A stretch of 64,000 nucleotides of DNA. Source: an uncultured Pseudomonadota bacterium. Its GTDB lineage: Bacteria; UBA10199; JADFYH01. The notes beneath the pieces are model-generated. The model saw nothing but the letters and a program-made list of their open reading frames with translations. It did not search any database and was not told where the DNA came from. Shown here in pieces: positions 54,390 to 64,000 of this stretch (the stretch's first letter is position 1; each line of letters begins with the position of its first letter). Where the stretch lies: positions 9,183 to 73,182 of the forward strand of contig CAZQOW010000001.1 of assembly GCA_964595045.1 (NCBI GenBank), written 5' to 3'. The position numbers and the translations under genes are program-made.

Positions 54390-55088
54390 ATGCATGCAGT
54401 CTTATTGGCTGGTGGAGTAGGGACCAGACTTAAACCATACACAACTATTATACCAAAACCGTTGATGCCGGTTGGGGGAATGCCTATTATGGAAATTATT
54501 CTCCGCCAACTCGCCCGAGATAATTTTAAAGAGGTAACTATTACCTTAGGGTATCTAGGAAAACTTATAGAAAGTTACTTTGGAAATGGAAGTCAACTGG
54601 GAATTCGAATTACTTATTCTTATGAAACTACTCCTCTAGGAACCATGGGGCCTTTAAAACTTATTCGTGAATTGCCTGAAAACTTTCTTGTTATGAACGG
54701 CGATATTCTTACAGACTTATCTTTTATAAATTTTTATAAAAACCATCTAGAAACTAGAAAAATTTTTTCTGTATCTACTTATTACCGTAAAATTTCAACC
54801 GAGTTAGGAATTTTAGATATTGATAACGAAGGAAATCTTATAGGTTTTCGTGAAAAACCTAAGCTTGGATTTCATGTCAGTATGGGAATTTATATGGCCA
54901 ATAAGCAAATATTAGATCACATACCTGACAATTGTCCTTTTGGATTTGATCAATTAATGAGACGTTTTATTGAGTTGAAAAATTTCCCTTATATTTATCA
55001 TCATGAAGGTTACTGGCTCGATATCGGACGCACAGAAGATTATAATCTTGCTCAAGAAGATTTTGATAAGATTCAACAATTACTTTAA
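54390..55088 (+). CDS. Sugar-1-phosphate nucleotidyltransferase (HddC/ManC-like short NTP_transferase)
   Basis: MHAVLLAGGVGTRLKPYTTIIPKPLMPVGG is the G-x-G-T-R-L pyrophosphorylase signature. 232 aa. Confidence 0.75.
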   Translation: MHAVLLAGGVGTRLKPYTTIIPKPLMPVGGMPIMEIILRQLARDNFKEVTITLGYLGKLIESYFGNGSQLGIRITYSYETTPLGTMGPLKLIRELPENFLVMNGDILTDLSFINFYKNHLETRKIFSVSTYYRKISTELGILDIDNEGNLIGFREKPKLGFHVSMGIYMANKQILDHIPDNCPFGFDQLMRRFIELKNFPYIYHHEGYWLDIGRTEDYNLAQEDFDKIQQLL

Positions 55089-55169
55089 ATCGAAATAGAC
55101 ATAGTGGTGATAGTTCTGATAAAACCATCAAACATAAAAATATAGATCCAACACCTCGTCCCTTAACGA

Positions 55170-56390
55170 ATGTTTAAGTTAGACATTTCAGGAAATTATG
55201 CTGTGACCTCTTCAAGACGATTGAAAATTTTTCATATAATCTCTCGACTCAATGTTGGAGGAGCAGCAATATATGGAATTTTTTTGGCTTCCTATTTAAA
55301 AAAGAGAGGTCACGAAGTTACTTTAATCAATGGTAAATCTGGTGTGTCTGAAGGAGATATGACCGAGCTTGTGGATAAAGACCTAGTTAATTTTGAACAA
55401 ATCTACATTTCCGATTTAGGACGTGAAATCCACCCTCTTAAAGATATTAAAACTCTTTTTAAACTTATCAAAATTTTTTGGAATGAAAAACCAGATGTTG
55501 TGCACACACATGCCTCAAAAGCAGGTTTTCTTGGACGTATAGCAGCACTATTCGTAAAAACACCTCTAATAATCCATTCATTTCACGGTACTATTTTTGA
55601 TGGTTATTTTAATCGTTGGAAGTCAAGTTTTTTTATCTTTATTGAAAAGCTTCTTGGAAAATATTCAGATTGCCTCTTTACTGACACAGCTTCTAATCGA
55701 GAAGAAATTATCCGGCTTAAGATAGCAGCGCCTAGAAAAATAAAAGTTGTACCAATAGGCATTGATTTAGATCCGTTCAAAGATATAACCTCTTTTAAAG
55801 GAATTCTTCGAAATAAATTACATCTAAACGAAAAAACTAAAATCATCGGAACTGTAGCCAGACTTGTCCCAATTAAAGGTATTTCTTATTTTTTAGATGC
55901 GGCCTCTCAAATTCTACTTAAATATCAAAATGTGCATTTTGTTATTGTGGGAGATGGAGAGTTAAGATCATCTTTAGAAAAAAAAGTAGAAGAGCTAGGA
56001 ATAACTAAAAATATTACTTTTCTTGGTTTTTGGCGAGACTTAAGAGAAATATATGCCGATCTTGATCTGGTTATACTTTCTTCATTGAATGAAGGGTCCC
56101 CCATTACTATTTTAGAAGCCATGGCTTCTGGGAAACCAGTCATCGCAAGTTCTGTGGGCGGTGTCCCAGATCTTATTCGGCATAATGAAAATGGTCTTTT
56201 GGTTCCATCAAAAAATGGAGATAAAATTGCGGAGTTTGCACTAAACTTACTTACAAATGCAGCAGAATGTGAACGCCTATCTAGTAAAGCGAAACAAGAA
56301 GTTTTCGAAAAATTTACAATATTGAAAAGCGTTGAAAATACAGAAGGTTGGTATTTAAATCTAATGAACTCATCTGCTGAATTGCTATAG
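55170..56390 (+). CDS. GT4-family (GT-B) glycosyltransferase
   Basis: EGSPITILEAMASGKPVIASSVGGVPDLI is the E-x7-E motif. 406 aa. Confidence 0.8.
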   Translation: MFKLDISGNYAVTSSRRLKIFHIISRLNVGGAAIYGIFLASYLKKRGHEVTLINGKSGVSEGDMTELVDKDLVNFEQIYISDLGREIHPLKDIKTLFKLIKIFWNEKPDVVHTHASKAGFLGRIAALFVKTPLIIHSFHGTIFDGYFNRWKSSFFIFIEKLLGKYSDCLFTDTASNREEIIRLKIAAPRKIKVVPIGIDLDPFKDITSFKGILRNKLHLNEKTKIIGTVARLVPIKGISYFLDAASQILLKYQNVHFVIVGDGELRSSLEKKVEELGITKNITFLGFWRDLREIYADLDLVILSSLNEGSPITILEAMASGKPVIASSVGGVPDLIRHNENGLLVPSKNGDKIAEFALNLLTNAAECERLSSKAKQEVFEKFTILKSVENTEGWYLNLMNSSAELL

Positions 56391-56412
56391 TTAAGAAAGG
56401 GGTAACAAAAGA

Positions 56413-57387
56413 TTGAAAGTATTAATTACAGGTGGAGCAGGATTTATAGGAAGCCATTTAGCTGAAGAATATTTAAACAAAGGAGACGAAGTATACGTTA
56501 TAGATGATCTATCTACTGGCTCCCGAGACAATATAATAGCCATACAAAATAAATTACCTTCTAAAATGGGTAGTCTTTTTGTTACTTACGATTCTGTTTT
56601 AAATCGAGAGGTCATGTTAGAGCTGATTGGTATTTGTGATGTCGTAGTTCATTTAGCCGCAGCGGTTGGAGTGAAATATATTTTAGACAATCCTCTTAGC
56701 TCAATTATTACCAACATTCAAGGGACCGATTTAGTATTGAATCTTTGTGCTAAATTTAAAAAAAAAGTTTTAATTGCTTCCACTTCTGAGGTTTATGGAA
56801 AACATGATCATGCCCCCCTGGTGGAGACTGACGATTGTGTATACGGCCCTTCAGTCAAATCTCGCTGGAGTTATGCAGCTGCCAAACTAATGGATGAATT
56901 TACAGCCTTAGCTTATCACCGCACTAAAAACTTGCCTGTATTGATTGTACGTTTTTTTAATACCGTCGGCCCTCGCCAAACAGGTCGATATGGGATGGTA
57001 ATTCCCCGCTTCATTGAACAAGCCATGAAAGATGAAGATATTACTGTTTATGGGGATGGGAAACAAACTCGAACGTTTACTCATGTCTGTGAAGTTGTAA
57101 ATTGTTTAATTCGATTGATAGATGAACCTAAAGCAATTGGTGAAGTAATTAATATTGGAGGAATCGAAGAAATTTCAATACTGAATCTGGCGACACGAAT
57201 TCTTGAGATTACCGGCTCTAAATCATTAATAAAAACTGTTCCTTATGAAGAAGCTTACCCCAAAGATTTCGATGACATGCAAAGAAGAGTCCCCTCTACA
57301 GAAAAGCTGCAAAAAATCATAGGAATTGCGCCAAAGATGACCATGAATGATATATTAAAAGACATTATTAAGAGTTTTAAAACCTGA
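56413..57387 (+). CDS. UDP-glucuronate decarboxylase / UDP-sugar 4-epimerase-like SDR (UXS/ArnA C-terminal type)
   Basis: KVLITGGAGFIGSHLAEEYLNKGDEVYVIDDLSTGSRDNI is close to the UXS N-terminus. YAAAKLMDE (YxxxK). 324 aa. Confidence 0.7.
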   Translation: MKVLITGGAGFIGSHLAEEYLNKGDEVYVIDDLSTGSRDNIIAIQNKLPSKMGSLFVTYDSVLNREVMLELIGICDVVVHLAAAVGVKYILDNPLSSIITNIQGTDLVLNLCAKFKKKVLIASTSEVYGKHDHAPLVETDDCVYGPSVKSRWSYAAAKLMDEFTALAYHRTKNLPVLIVRFFNTVGPRQTGRYGMVIPRFIEQAMKDEDITVYGDGKQTRTFTHVCEVVNCLIRLIDEPKAIGEVINIGGIEEISILNLATRILEITGSKSLIKTVPYEEAYPKDFDDMQRRVPSTEKLQKIIGIAPKMTMNDILKDIIKSFKT

Positions 57388-57411
57388 TCAATTTATTCTT
57401 GAAAGTAGTTA

Positions 57412-59304
57412 ATGATTAGATTTTTTTTCTTTGGTTTTGTTGCCTTTAATTTAAGCCTTTTAGCTGTATGGTTTACACGTAATCTCTCTCGCAAACAGGG
57501 ATGGGTGGCTTCCCCGCGTGCCGATCGATGGCATAGTACCCCAACTGCTTTATATGGAGGGGTTGGAATCTTCTTTTCCTTTTCCATTACTAATCTCTTT
57601 ATTTATTTTTTTTATAAACCAATTATCCACTATTCGTTTTTTTTAGTATTATTTCTTGGGGGGAGTGGAAGTTTTTTATTGGGCTTTATTGATGATCTCT
57701 ATCATCTTAAACCTGTTTCAAAACTTGTTGGAGAAATCGCCTTATCAACCCTATTCATTATTATGGGAGGTACTTTTGAAATCTCCTCCAGTAACACAAT
57801 CAATATTTTACTCACTTACTTTTGGTTTATCGGTATCATCAATGCGATTAATTTTCTCGATAATATGGATGGATTGGCCTCGGGAGTGAGCATTATCTCT
57901 TCGTTGTCACTTTTAAGTTTAATGGTAATTAATGGAAGTAAATTAGCCACTGATCCTATGTTATTGATTATTTTTATTTTTATAATGTCAATACTAGGGT
58001 TTTTAGTTTTCAACTTTTCTCCAGCTTCAATTTTTATGGGAGATATGGGTAGCCTTTTTTTAGGTTACACACTAGCGGCTCTTACTATACCTCATTCCTT
58101 TAATCATTATGGAGATCAAGCCAACTACTCTTCACTACTTAGCCTCTTCCTTCCTGTTGTAATATTAGGAATTCCCATCTTTGATACTACCCTTGTAACG
58201 GTCTCTCGAATATTCTCAGGAAGAGGAGTTACCCGTGGAGGATGTGATCATAGTTCTCACAGACTGGTAGGGCTCGGATTTTCTGAAAAATTGTCTGTTT
58301 TAATTTTATATATACTCACTTCAATTGGGGGACTTACTGCAATACTGATGACGTTATTTCATGAAACTTCTCTACTCCTTTTTGGAATATATATTGTTTT
58401 CTTAATTATCATTGGTATTTACTTAGGGAAGAAAAAAATCACTTCTTATAATGAAGCTCCCAAAAATAACAAACGTTGGACCCCTCTAGTAGGACAAATT
58501 ATGTATAAAAAAGGTATGATTGAAGTAGCATTAGATATCATACTAATTTCTCTATGTTATTTTTCGTCATTTTTATTAATAACTCCCACGACTACCTTAA
58601 AAACTACTCCCAACAGTTATGCAGTTACTCTTCCGATTGTTATCGTCTCTACTATTATTGTTTTTCAATTTTCTCATGTTTATAGAGGTGTTTGGCATTT
58701 ATTAGCCATTGAAGATATTTACATATTTTTAAAAGCTATCTCTGTTTCTTTTTTCATGCTCCTTTTAATTAATCTGTTTATTTTTCATTCTTCAGTTCCT
58801 TGGGAAGTTTATATCACCTTTTCTTTACTTCTATTTTTTTCCGTCGTTGGAAGCCGTCTTTCCTTTCGATTTTTTGATACTTTTGTCAGCACTCATGGCT
58901 TATCAAAACGTCCAAAAAAAATATTACTATATGGAGCAGGCGCTGGCGGCAAACTGTTGGTTAGCGAAATCAAAAAAAATGAAAAATTTAGCTCGTGGAA
59001 ACCGATCGGTTTTTTAGATGACGACTTAAGTAAGCAAGGACGAACTGTATCAGGAGTTAAAATTTTGGGAGATTTATTATGGCTATCGAAAGGAAAATAT
59101 AATCCTAAAAATATTAATTTTTCAGAAATTTGGATTACTTTTAAGAAAATACCTGCTGGTAGAATTGAAGAATTAAGAAAAATTCTAAATAGCGATCTCC
59201 CAATTAAAAAGATTTCTTTGGATATTATTGCAATTGAAACAACCTCTTTCCAAAACACTGAGGAACTTGAGGACTACGAACCATCAGAAGGATGGGCTGG
59301 TTAA
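57412..59304 (+). CDS. WecA/WbpL-type polyprenyl-phosphate HexNAc-1-phosphate transferase (Glycos_transf_4) fused to a C-terminal Rossmann-like domain resembling the CoA_binding_3 module of WbaP/PglF-type proteins
   Basis: NAINFLDNMDGLASG and FMGDMGSLFLGY (MraY/WecA motifs) within about 11 TM helices. C-terminal KILLYGAGAGGKLLVSEIKKNEKFSSWKPIGFLDDD...GVKILG with no Bac_transf domain after it. 630 aa. Confidence 0.65.
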   Translation: MIRFFFFGFVAFNLSLLAVWFTRNLSRKQGWVASPRADRWHSTPTALYGGVGIFFSFSITNLFIYFFYKPIIHYSFFLVLFLGGSGSFLLGFIDDLYHLKPVSKLVGEIALSTLFIIMGGTFEISSSNTINILLTYFWFIGIINAINFLDNMDGLASGVSIISSLSLLSLMVINGSKLATDPMLLIIFIFIMSILGFLVFNFSPASIFMGDMGSLFLGYTLAALTIPHSFNHYGDQANYSSLLSLFLPVVILGIPIFDTTLVTVSRIFSGRGVTRGGCDHSSHRLVGLGFSEKLSVLILYILTSIGGLTAILMTLFHETSLLLFGIYIVFLIIIGIYLGKKKITSYNEAPKNNKRWTPLVGQIMYKKGMIEVALDIILISLCYFSSFLLITPTTTLKTTPNSYAVTLPIVIVSTIIVFQFSHVYRGVWHLLAIEDIYIFLKAISVSFFMLLLINLFIFHSSVPWEVYITFSLLLFFSVVGSRLSFRFFDTFVSTHGLSKRPKKILLYGAGAGGKLLVSEIKKNEKFSSWKPIGFLDDDLSKQGRTVSGVKILGDLLWLSKGKYNPKNINFSEIWITFKKIPAGRIEELRKILNSDLPIKKISLDIIAIETTSFQNTEELEDYEPSEGWAG

Positions 59305-59393
59305 ATAGTCTTCTCAGTAATTTTGGTCCGCACTAACTCACATTATGTTTGCTGCAAACTGCCAGTCTTTTTTTAGCACTGCAATAAATTAAA

Positions 59394-59420
59394 AGACCCG
59401 CTAGTAAAAATAGCGGGTCT
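59394..59420. terminator. Bidirectional stem-loop terminator between convergent genes
   Basis: AGACCCGCTA gtaaaaa TAGCGGGTCT, a perfect 10-bp stem. A/T runs on both sides, with a T-run on the minus strand after the LamG gene. Confidence 0.55.
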
Positions 59421-59453
59421 AAAAAGATTTTCCCTACTCTCCAGATACTTGCA

Positions 59454-62276
59454 CTACAAATTACAATACCTAGGTAGAGGGGTAATTCCAACAAGGGCTT
59501 GATCTGCGCAGTTCTTATTAGTGATTGACTGCTCTGAAAGATCCGCTGAATAAATAATAGTTTCATCAATTAAACCTTCAAAAAAACCATTAAACGCGGC
59601 TCCTTTGTCACAGTAAGCACCAATACAAACATCCACGGAATTGTTAGATATTACACCACTCTGTGGTGTTGATGACTCCATGACTTTATCAACATATAAT
59701 TTTTGCAGCTTTCCATCATACACGCCAACAATATGATGCCACTTTCCATCATTTATCAATGTATTGGATTCTGACTCAGCTACCACCAATGTTTTAGTCG
59801 AAAAACCAACTACAAGACCAGGGCCATTAACTCTAACTCTCATCCAATAGGAAGAATCAACCATTCCAAGCTTTGATAAAATAGATTTATTTGTTGAAAT
59901 TGCAGTAGTCTTCACCCAAGCTTCAATAGTTAATTTATTCATACCATCGAGGGTGGAACTATCTGGCATTAGCGAATAACCGCTTATTCCATCAAATTGG
60001 AACAACCTTCCTAAAATGCCAGTCATAGGTGGTAACCAAGAGATTCCTCCATGCAACATTCCATGATTTCCATTACCCGAGTAGTCGCAAACCCCATTTC
60101 CTGGCATTCCTCCAGGTGCAGTGGGCTTACCTAAACCAGCTGGACAAAGAATATTTGGGTCCGAATCGAATCTCCACCACCCAACAATACTATCATCTGT
60201 ATTAAACCTACTGGGTTCAGTGCAAATTGAAACAGCTCCCTGAGCATCTTTCGAACAAATTCTCCACGCATACGATTTATTTGGTTGCAAATAAAGAGCT
60301 GTAGTCCCCATATTCGGAGCGAATGCAGCGTTACCATCGGTGGAGTTTTGGATAACGAATTTCGAATCTTTCACATCACTTCTATAAAGTGCAGCTTGAG
60401 GAAATACTTTTGGGTCACTCGAAACCTCCGAGAAGTAAACTTCGTAAGCTATTTTATCCCCATCAGGATCGTTCGCAGGATTCCAATGTAGATATAGTCT
60501 TGTCGGAGCCCATGTTACCCCATTTGCAGGTGACGCGGCTAATTCAGGGGTGAGTGGACTGTTATTTTTAGCCGAAGAAAGAAACTTATAGGCTTGAACT
60601 GTTTCGACTCCATTCGCAGTCCCTGCCCAAGTAACAACGAAATTCGAAAAATCGCTGGCAAGCTCTGCAAGACGACTGTTTTGAGCCGTCGTCGAAATGC
60701 TCACAGGTCCTTTGAGCACATTCAACATTCCATCCAAAAGAACCGCTGAGAAATTATTTTGATTAATAAACGAAAGAGCAATGGTGTCTGAAGCACCGGC
60801 AGCCGAATTTCCGGAAATTCCAAAACCACTTGATAAACGTGGTTCGACTTTTCCTTCATTTCCTCCCAATGCTAAATTTACTGAGGCTAATTCTATCAAA
60901 TCAAGACCAATCGATTTCAAAGAGATATTATGCTGGTCATCGTAGGCAAGAACCACATGATCAAGATAAGAAATAATATCAGGATTTTCCAGAAAACCTC
61001 CGTCTCCACCTTTCACAACATATTCAGTAAAGGTGGGATTTTTAACTAGTCCATCATTTGATGTATTCAACGAAATTCTCTGTGCCCCAATATCTCCGCG
61101 ACTTGGAGATGCAGCTCTGGCAAATTCATAGGCGATCACAAAATCACTTGAACCGGTCCCTTTATTCATACTGTTATATGCAATGCGTGGTTTTTGAGCT
61201 CTAAAAACGTTGGGGAGAGCAAAGCAAGCACCGGTATCAGACGCTTTGAGTGCCGCTGTAGGATCACTATAAACTGGAAATGACGATTTGTTTAACGCGC
61301 GATTGGTTGGAGAAAACTCCGGTTGAATATAGCGGGCATATACAGAAGTAGAATCTCGTCGAGCGGGATCATCACAACCGATAAAACCTTTATTGGTTTG
61401 CCACGTCACCAAAAAACCATTGGAACTCGAAGGAGCAACATCTGGCTTACCAGACTGTTCCCATGCCTGAATTTCACTATCATTCGTAGCAGGATGAGCT
61501 GGATTGTTTGAAACAATCCAGATACCTGAAATCAAAATCCCCTCTTCCCAAACAAAATCAGTTCCTGTCCCACCACTCCCTTTATCATCTGGATGAGCTG
61601 CCGGGGTTAAATCATTGGCGTTTAACATCTTTACGATGATATTGCTGAATTTTCTTCCTTCAGAATTACTAGATCCATCTGAGTTTTTTGCAAAATCTGC
61701 AATTCCTTTTAATTCCCAAACCACTAAAAAACGCCCTTTTCCATCCGAACCTTTATTGTAAGCAACAGCAGGATTGGAAGCGTTAGGACAATTTTTTGGA
61801 GTCGTAATTGCCGAATTATCTGAATCGAAAGTTTCATAAAAGCAACCGCGCTTGGTACGTGGTGTGCTAATAAGCACGGGATAGTTAAGAGAATTACCCG
61901 CTTTATCTCTAAATTGACCTAGAATATTAGAAGATCCATCATCATTTTTCTTTTCCCACACAACCAAATATCTTTGATTGTCGGGATCATAAGCAATATC
62001 AGGATGAGTCGACTGAACTTTCACATTTTCAAGATTTGATGTTTTCGAATTGATAACAAACGGACTTCTTCGCACTCCTATGGCAGAACCGCTCTCCGAA
62101 AGGGAATTGGTTTGACGATTAAAAAATTTTGATGGATAAAGTGCCGAATTTATTTTTCTAAAAAAATCATTCAGAGAAAAATAAAGATTAGGTTGAGCCT
62201 GGCTAGTGTTCGATATTATCACCAAAAGAACTAAGAGGCTGAACCCCTTCACAAAAAAAGTTTTAAAAAACCTCAT
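59454..62276 (-). CDS. Large secreted protein with FN3-like segment and C-terminal LamG (concanavalin-A-like lectin) domain
   Basis: Signal peptide FSLLVLLVIISNTSQAQ. FN3-like GVTWAPTRLYLHWNPANDPDGDKIAYEVYFS. C-terminal LamG-like ...LTIEAWVKTT...DGKWHHIVGVYDG.KLQKLYVDKV. 940 aa. Confidence 0.6.
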   Translation of the reverse strand: MRFFKTFFVKGFSLLVLLVIISNTSQAQPNLYFSLNDFFRKINSALYPSKFFNRQTNSLSESGSAIGVRRSPFVINSKTSNLENVKVQSTHPDIAYDPDNQRYLVVWEKKNDDGSSNILGQFRDKAGNSLNYPVLISTPRTKRGCFYETFDSDNSAITTPKNCPNASNPAVAYNKGSDGKGRFLVVWELKGIADFAKNSDGSSNSEGRKFSNIIVKMLNANDLTPAAHPDDKGSGGTGTDFVWEEGILISGIWIVSNNPAHPATNDSEIQAWEQSGKPDVAPSSSNGFLVTWQTNKGFIGCDDPARRDSTSVYARYIQPEFSPTNRALNKSSFPVYSDPTAALKASDTGACFALPNVFRAQKPRIAYNSMNKGTGSSDFVIAYEFARAASPSRGDIGAQRISLNTSNDGLVKNPTFTEYVVKGGDGGFLENPDIISYLDHVVLAYDDQHNISLKSIGLDLIELASVNLALGGNEGKVEPRLSSGFGISGNSAAGASDTIALSFINQNNFSAVLLDGMLNVLKGPVSISTTAQNSRLAELASDFSNFVVTWAGTANGVETVQAYKFLSSAKNNSPLTPELAASPANGVTWAPTRLYLHWNPANDPDGDKIAYEVYFSEVSSDPKVFPQAALYRSDVKDSKFVIQNSTDGNAAFAPNMGTTALYLQPNKSYAWRICSKDAQGAVSICTEPSRFNTDDSIVGWWRFDSDPNILCPAGLGKPTAPGGMPGNGVCDYSGNGNHGMLHGGISWLPPMTGILGRLFQFDGISGYSLMPDSSTLDGMNKLTIEAWVKTTAISTNKSILSKLGMVDSSYWMRVRVNGPGLVVGFSTKTLVVAESESNTLINDGKWHHIVGVYDGKLQKLYVDKVMESSTPQSGVISNNSVDVCIGAYCDKGAAFNGFFEGLIDETIIYSADLSEQSITNKNCADQALVGITPLPRYCNL

Positions 62277-62865
62277 AACACCCTCCTTATAGGAATAACT
62301 TTCATTAAAAATTCCCTCTCAAAAAACCCCGTTATAGTCGTCCTCGAAATCTATTAGAGATAGTTGCTAATTTTTTTAATTTTTATTTAAATATTAATAA
62401 TTGATTAGAAGATTTTTCATTTCTAAAAAAAATTAATGAGGATTATCAGCTTCTTAATTCCTTTTCATGATTTTCGATTATCAAATCGTCTCAAACTGTT
62501 TTTAGGCTCCCCCTGGTGGCTCAGATCATTAACTATATTGCAAAACTCTCCCCCCTCCTGTGATAGAAAATAAAACCTTTAGAAAGCAATTGAAGCACCC
62601 AATTATTCGAACACGAATGGCTCTACCGAGTTGGAAAAAAACAGCCTTCTTGTACCTTGAAACCGACACTCTAAGAAATGGTACACGAGGTGAAACGGGT
62701 TGAACTAAACATTGGACTTCATGACATTTTCATCAGCCCGGAAAATTAGTAACGGAATCGATCCAAGAGGCGAGGGATCTGCCTTGGGAGACTGATGAAA
62801 AAATATTTTTTTTAGAACTATTTCTGGAAAACCGCGTTGGTTCTCCAAATAAAGGAGAATTATTC

Positions 62866-63258
62866 ATGCAAAGAACAATCATTTTTTCTACACTTATCGG
62901 ATTAGGGCTTATCTTTCTCACCTCTTGCGGGGGAGCACTCAACGCGCCAGCCCCTGATATTACCGGTATTTACACTCTAACTACCACCCAATGTGCCGGA
63001 TCCCTTTCCAATCAAATCAAAATTGAGCAAGATGGGTACAATTTTTCTGCGACTTCTACCCCCATAAATTCCATGAAACCTTGGAGTGGAACCGTAGGAT
63101 CCAGCGGTGCGCTTTTTATTTCAATTCCTACGACCGGAAGCAATCGAATCGTCTGCGATGGCACTCATCATGACAATTTGATTGATTTAGATTGTGATCT
63201 CAATGGAGGAAACGCTCCTGAGATTCCCTGTAAAGTTCAATACCAGAAGAATAATTAA
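62866..63258 (+). CDS. Small lipoprotein
   Basis: AGGAGAATTATTC Shine-Dalgarno. Lipobox LIFLTSC. 130 aa. Terminator downstream. Confidence 0.45.
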   Translation: MQRTIIFSTLIGLGLIFLTSCGGALNAPAPDITGIYTLTTTQCAGSLSNQIKIEQDGYNFSATSTPINSMKPWSGTVGSSGALFISIPTTGSNRIVCDGTHHDNLIDLDCDLNGGNAPEIPCKVQYQKNN

Positions 63259-63280
63259 AAACTTCGTTTACCCCCCTACG

Positions 63281-63323
63281 AGTGGTGAAGAGCAGTTTAA
63301 AAACTTCACCACTTCTCTTTTTC
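63281..63323 (+). terminator. Rho-independent terminator
   Basis: AGTGGTGAAG (63281-63290) and CTTCACCACT (63304-63313) form a 10-bp stem, followed by TCTCTTTTTC. Confidence 0.55.
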
Positions 63324-63499
63324 AAAAGATATCTTTCACCAGGACAAGCTCTGTTCAATTTTAGGTTTTAAAAATAAGGAAAGTTAAAAACTCTCAAATC
63401 AATTCTTTCTCATGAGATCTCTTGCCATAGAATGGGAAGATGGGATATGAACTTTCAGCTTTATTTGTTGAATAGACAAGCCTTTAAAGAAAGCAAACT

Positions 63500-63838
63500 A
63501 TGAAAAAAACTATTTTTTTAATGTTATTCCTACTCAGTGTCACTGCTTGCACTGGACGTCTCCCGTCAACAAACACCGCCCAATCGATTATTAAAAAACA
63601 TCTGAACAAATATGCGAAAAAATATCCAAACACTATTTTATCAGGACACCATGTCGCCAAAGTCGACATCGTCAATCTAGAAGAAATGCAAAAATATTTT
63701 GCAACAGCTGAAGCAGTCGTTGGATTAGACGACGGCACCCAATTCAAAATGCAGATGAACTTTCTTTACAAACGCCCGTTAGGCTGGCGTCAGCAAGGGT
63801 GGGAGATTTTAGATGCAGCTCCTGCTGTTTCCCCATAA
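63500..63838 (+). CDS. Small lipoprotein
   Basis: Lipobox LLSVTAC. 112 aa. Confidence 0.45.
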   Translation: MKKTIFLMLFLLSVTACTGRLPSTNTAQSIIKKHLNKYAKKYPNTILSGHHVAKVDIVNLEEMQKYFATAEAVVGLDDGTQFKMQMNFLYKRPLGWRQQGWEILDAAPAVSP

Positions 63839-64000
63839 AAGTGTGAATCGATAATTTTTCTCCATTCCATTTCAGATCGATTTCTCCGTCTATATCTGTT
63901 CTAAAAAGTTCACTTCTCATTATTTTATAACGATGAACTACTTCGGAATGAGGAAACTTAAACCAGTTTTTCCTCCCTATCCCCATCAATCCAACTTGGG

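Noticed and set aside
1-64000. CRISPR arrays, tRNA/rRNA genes, transposases, integrons, toxin-antitoxin pairs or recognised defence-system genes
   Set aside because: No regularly spaced direct repeats of 25-40 bp, no cloverleaf-compatible segments in the intergenic regions inspected, and no ORF with transposase, Cas, restriction-modification or abortive-infection motifs were seen. Absence is based on manual reading only.

Overview
AT-rich window from a diderm bacterium; taxon not assigned. Gene calls rest on motif recognition in the supplied translations. No database search was possible. Layout: (i) 1-3.6 kb: a truncated sensor-kinase N-terminus on the minus strand, then six small plus-strand genes resembling stress proteins (DUF883/ElaB-like, hemerythrin-like, His-rich, DUF3309-like), each behind a strong Shine-Dalgarno. 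(ii) 3.6-9.7 kb: a conserved minus-strand block argF-argD-argB, hslU-hslV, xerC-like. (iii) 9.7-59.3 kb: a very large surface-polysaccharide locus. It opens with a Wzz-like co-polymerase, a Wza-like exporter, a PD40 beta-propeller lipoprotein and a lamin-tail-domain/metallo-beta-lactamase lipoprotein pair. A NusG/RfaH-like paralog follows, preceded by an ops-like GGCGGTAGCCTG element, and heads a roughly 42 kb run of about 45 co-directional, tightly packed genes: Wzi, nucleotide-sugar enzymes, three nonulosonic-acid (NulO) modules (PseB/C/H/G/I; NeuC + NeuB-like + NeuA-like; an SpsE/SpsF-like pair), three uncharacterized GT-B-like proteins, methyltransferases, an ABC exporter, a radical-SAM/SPASM module, Wzy-like, GT2/GT4, and a WecA-like initiating transferase. 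(iv) 59.4-64 kb: a LamG-domain secreted protein and small lipoproteins. Candidate variation signals: an in-frame TAA splitting an acyltransferase-3 gene, a G9 tract inside an oxidoreductase, A11/C7 tracts, and a recurring C-rich bipartite intergenic motif. No CRISPR array, transposase or tRNA was recognised.
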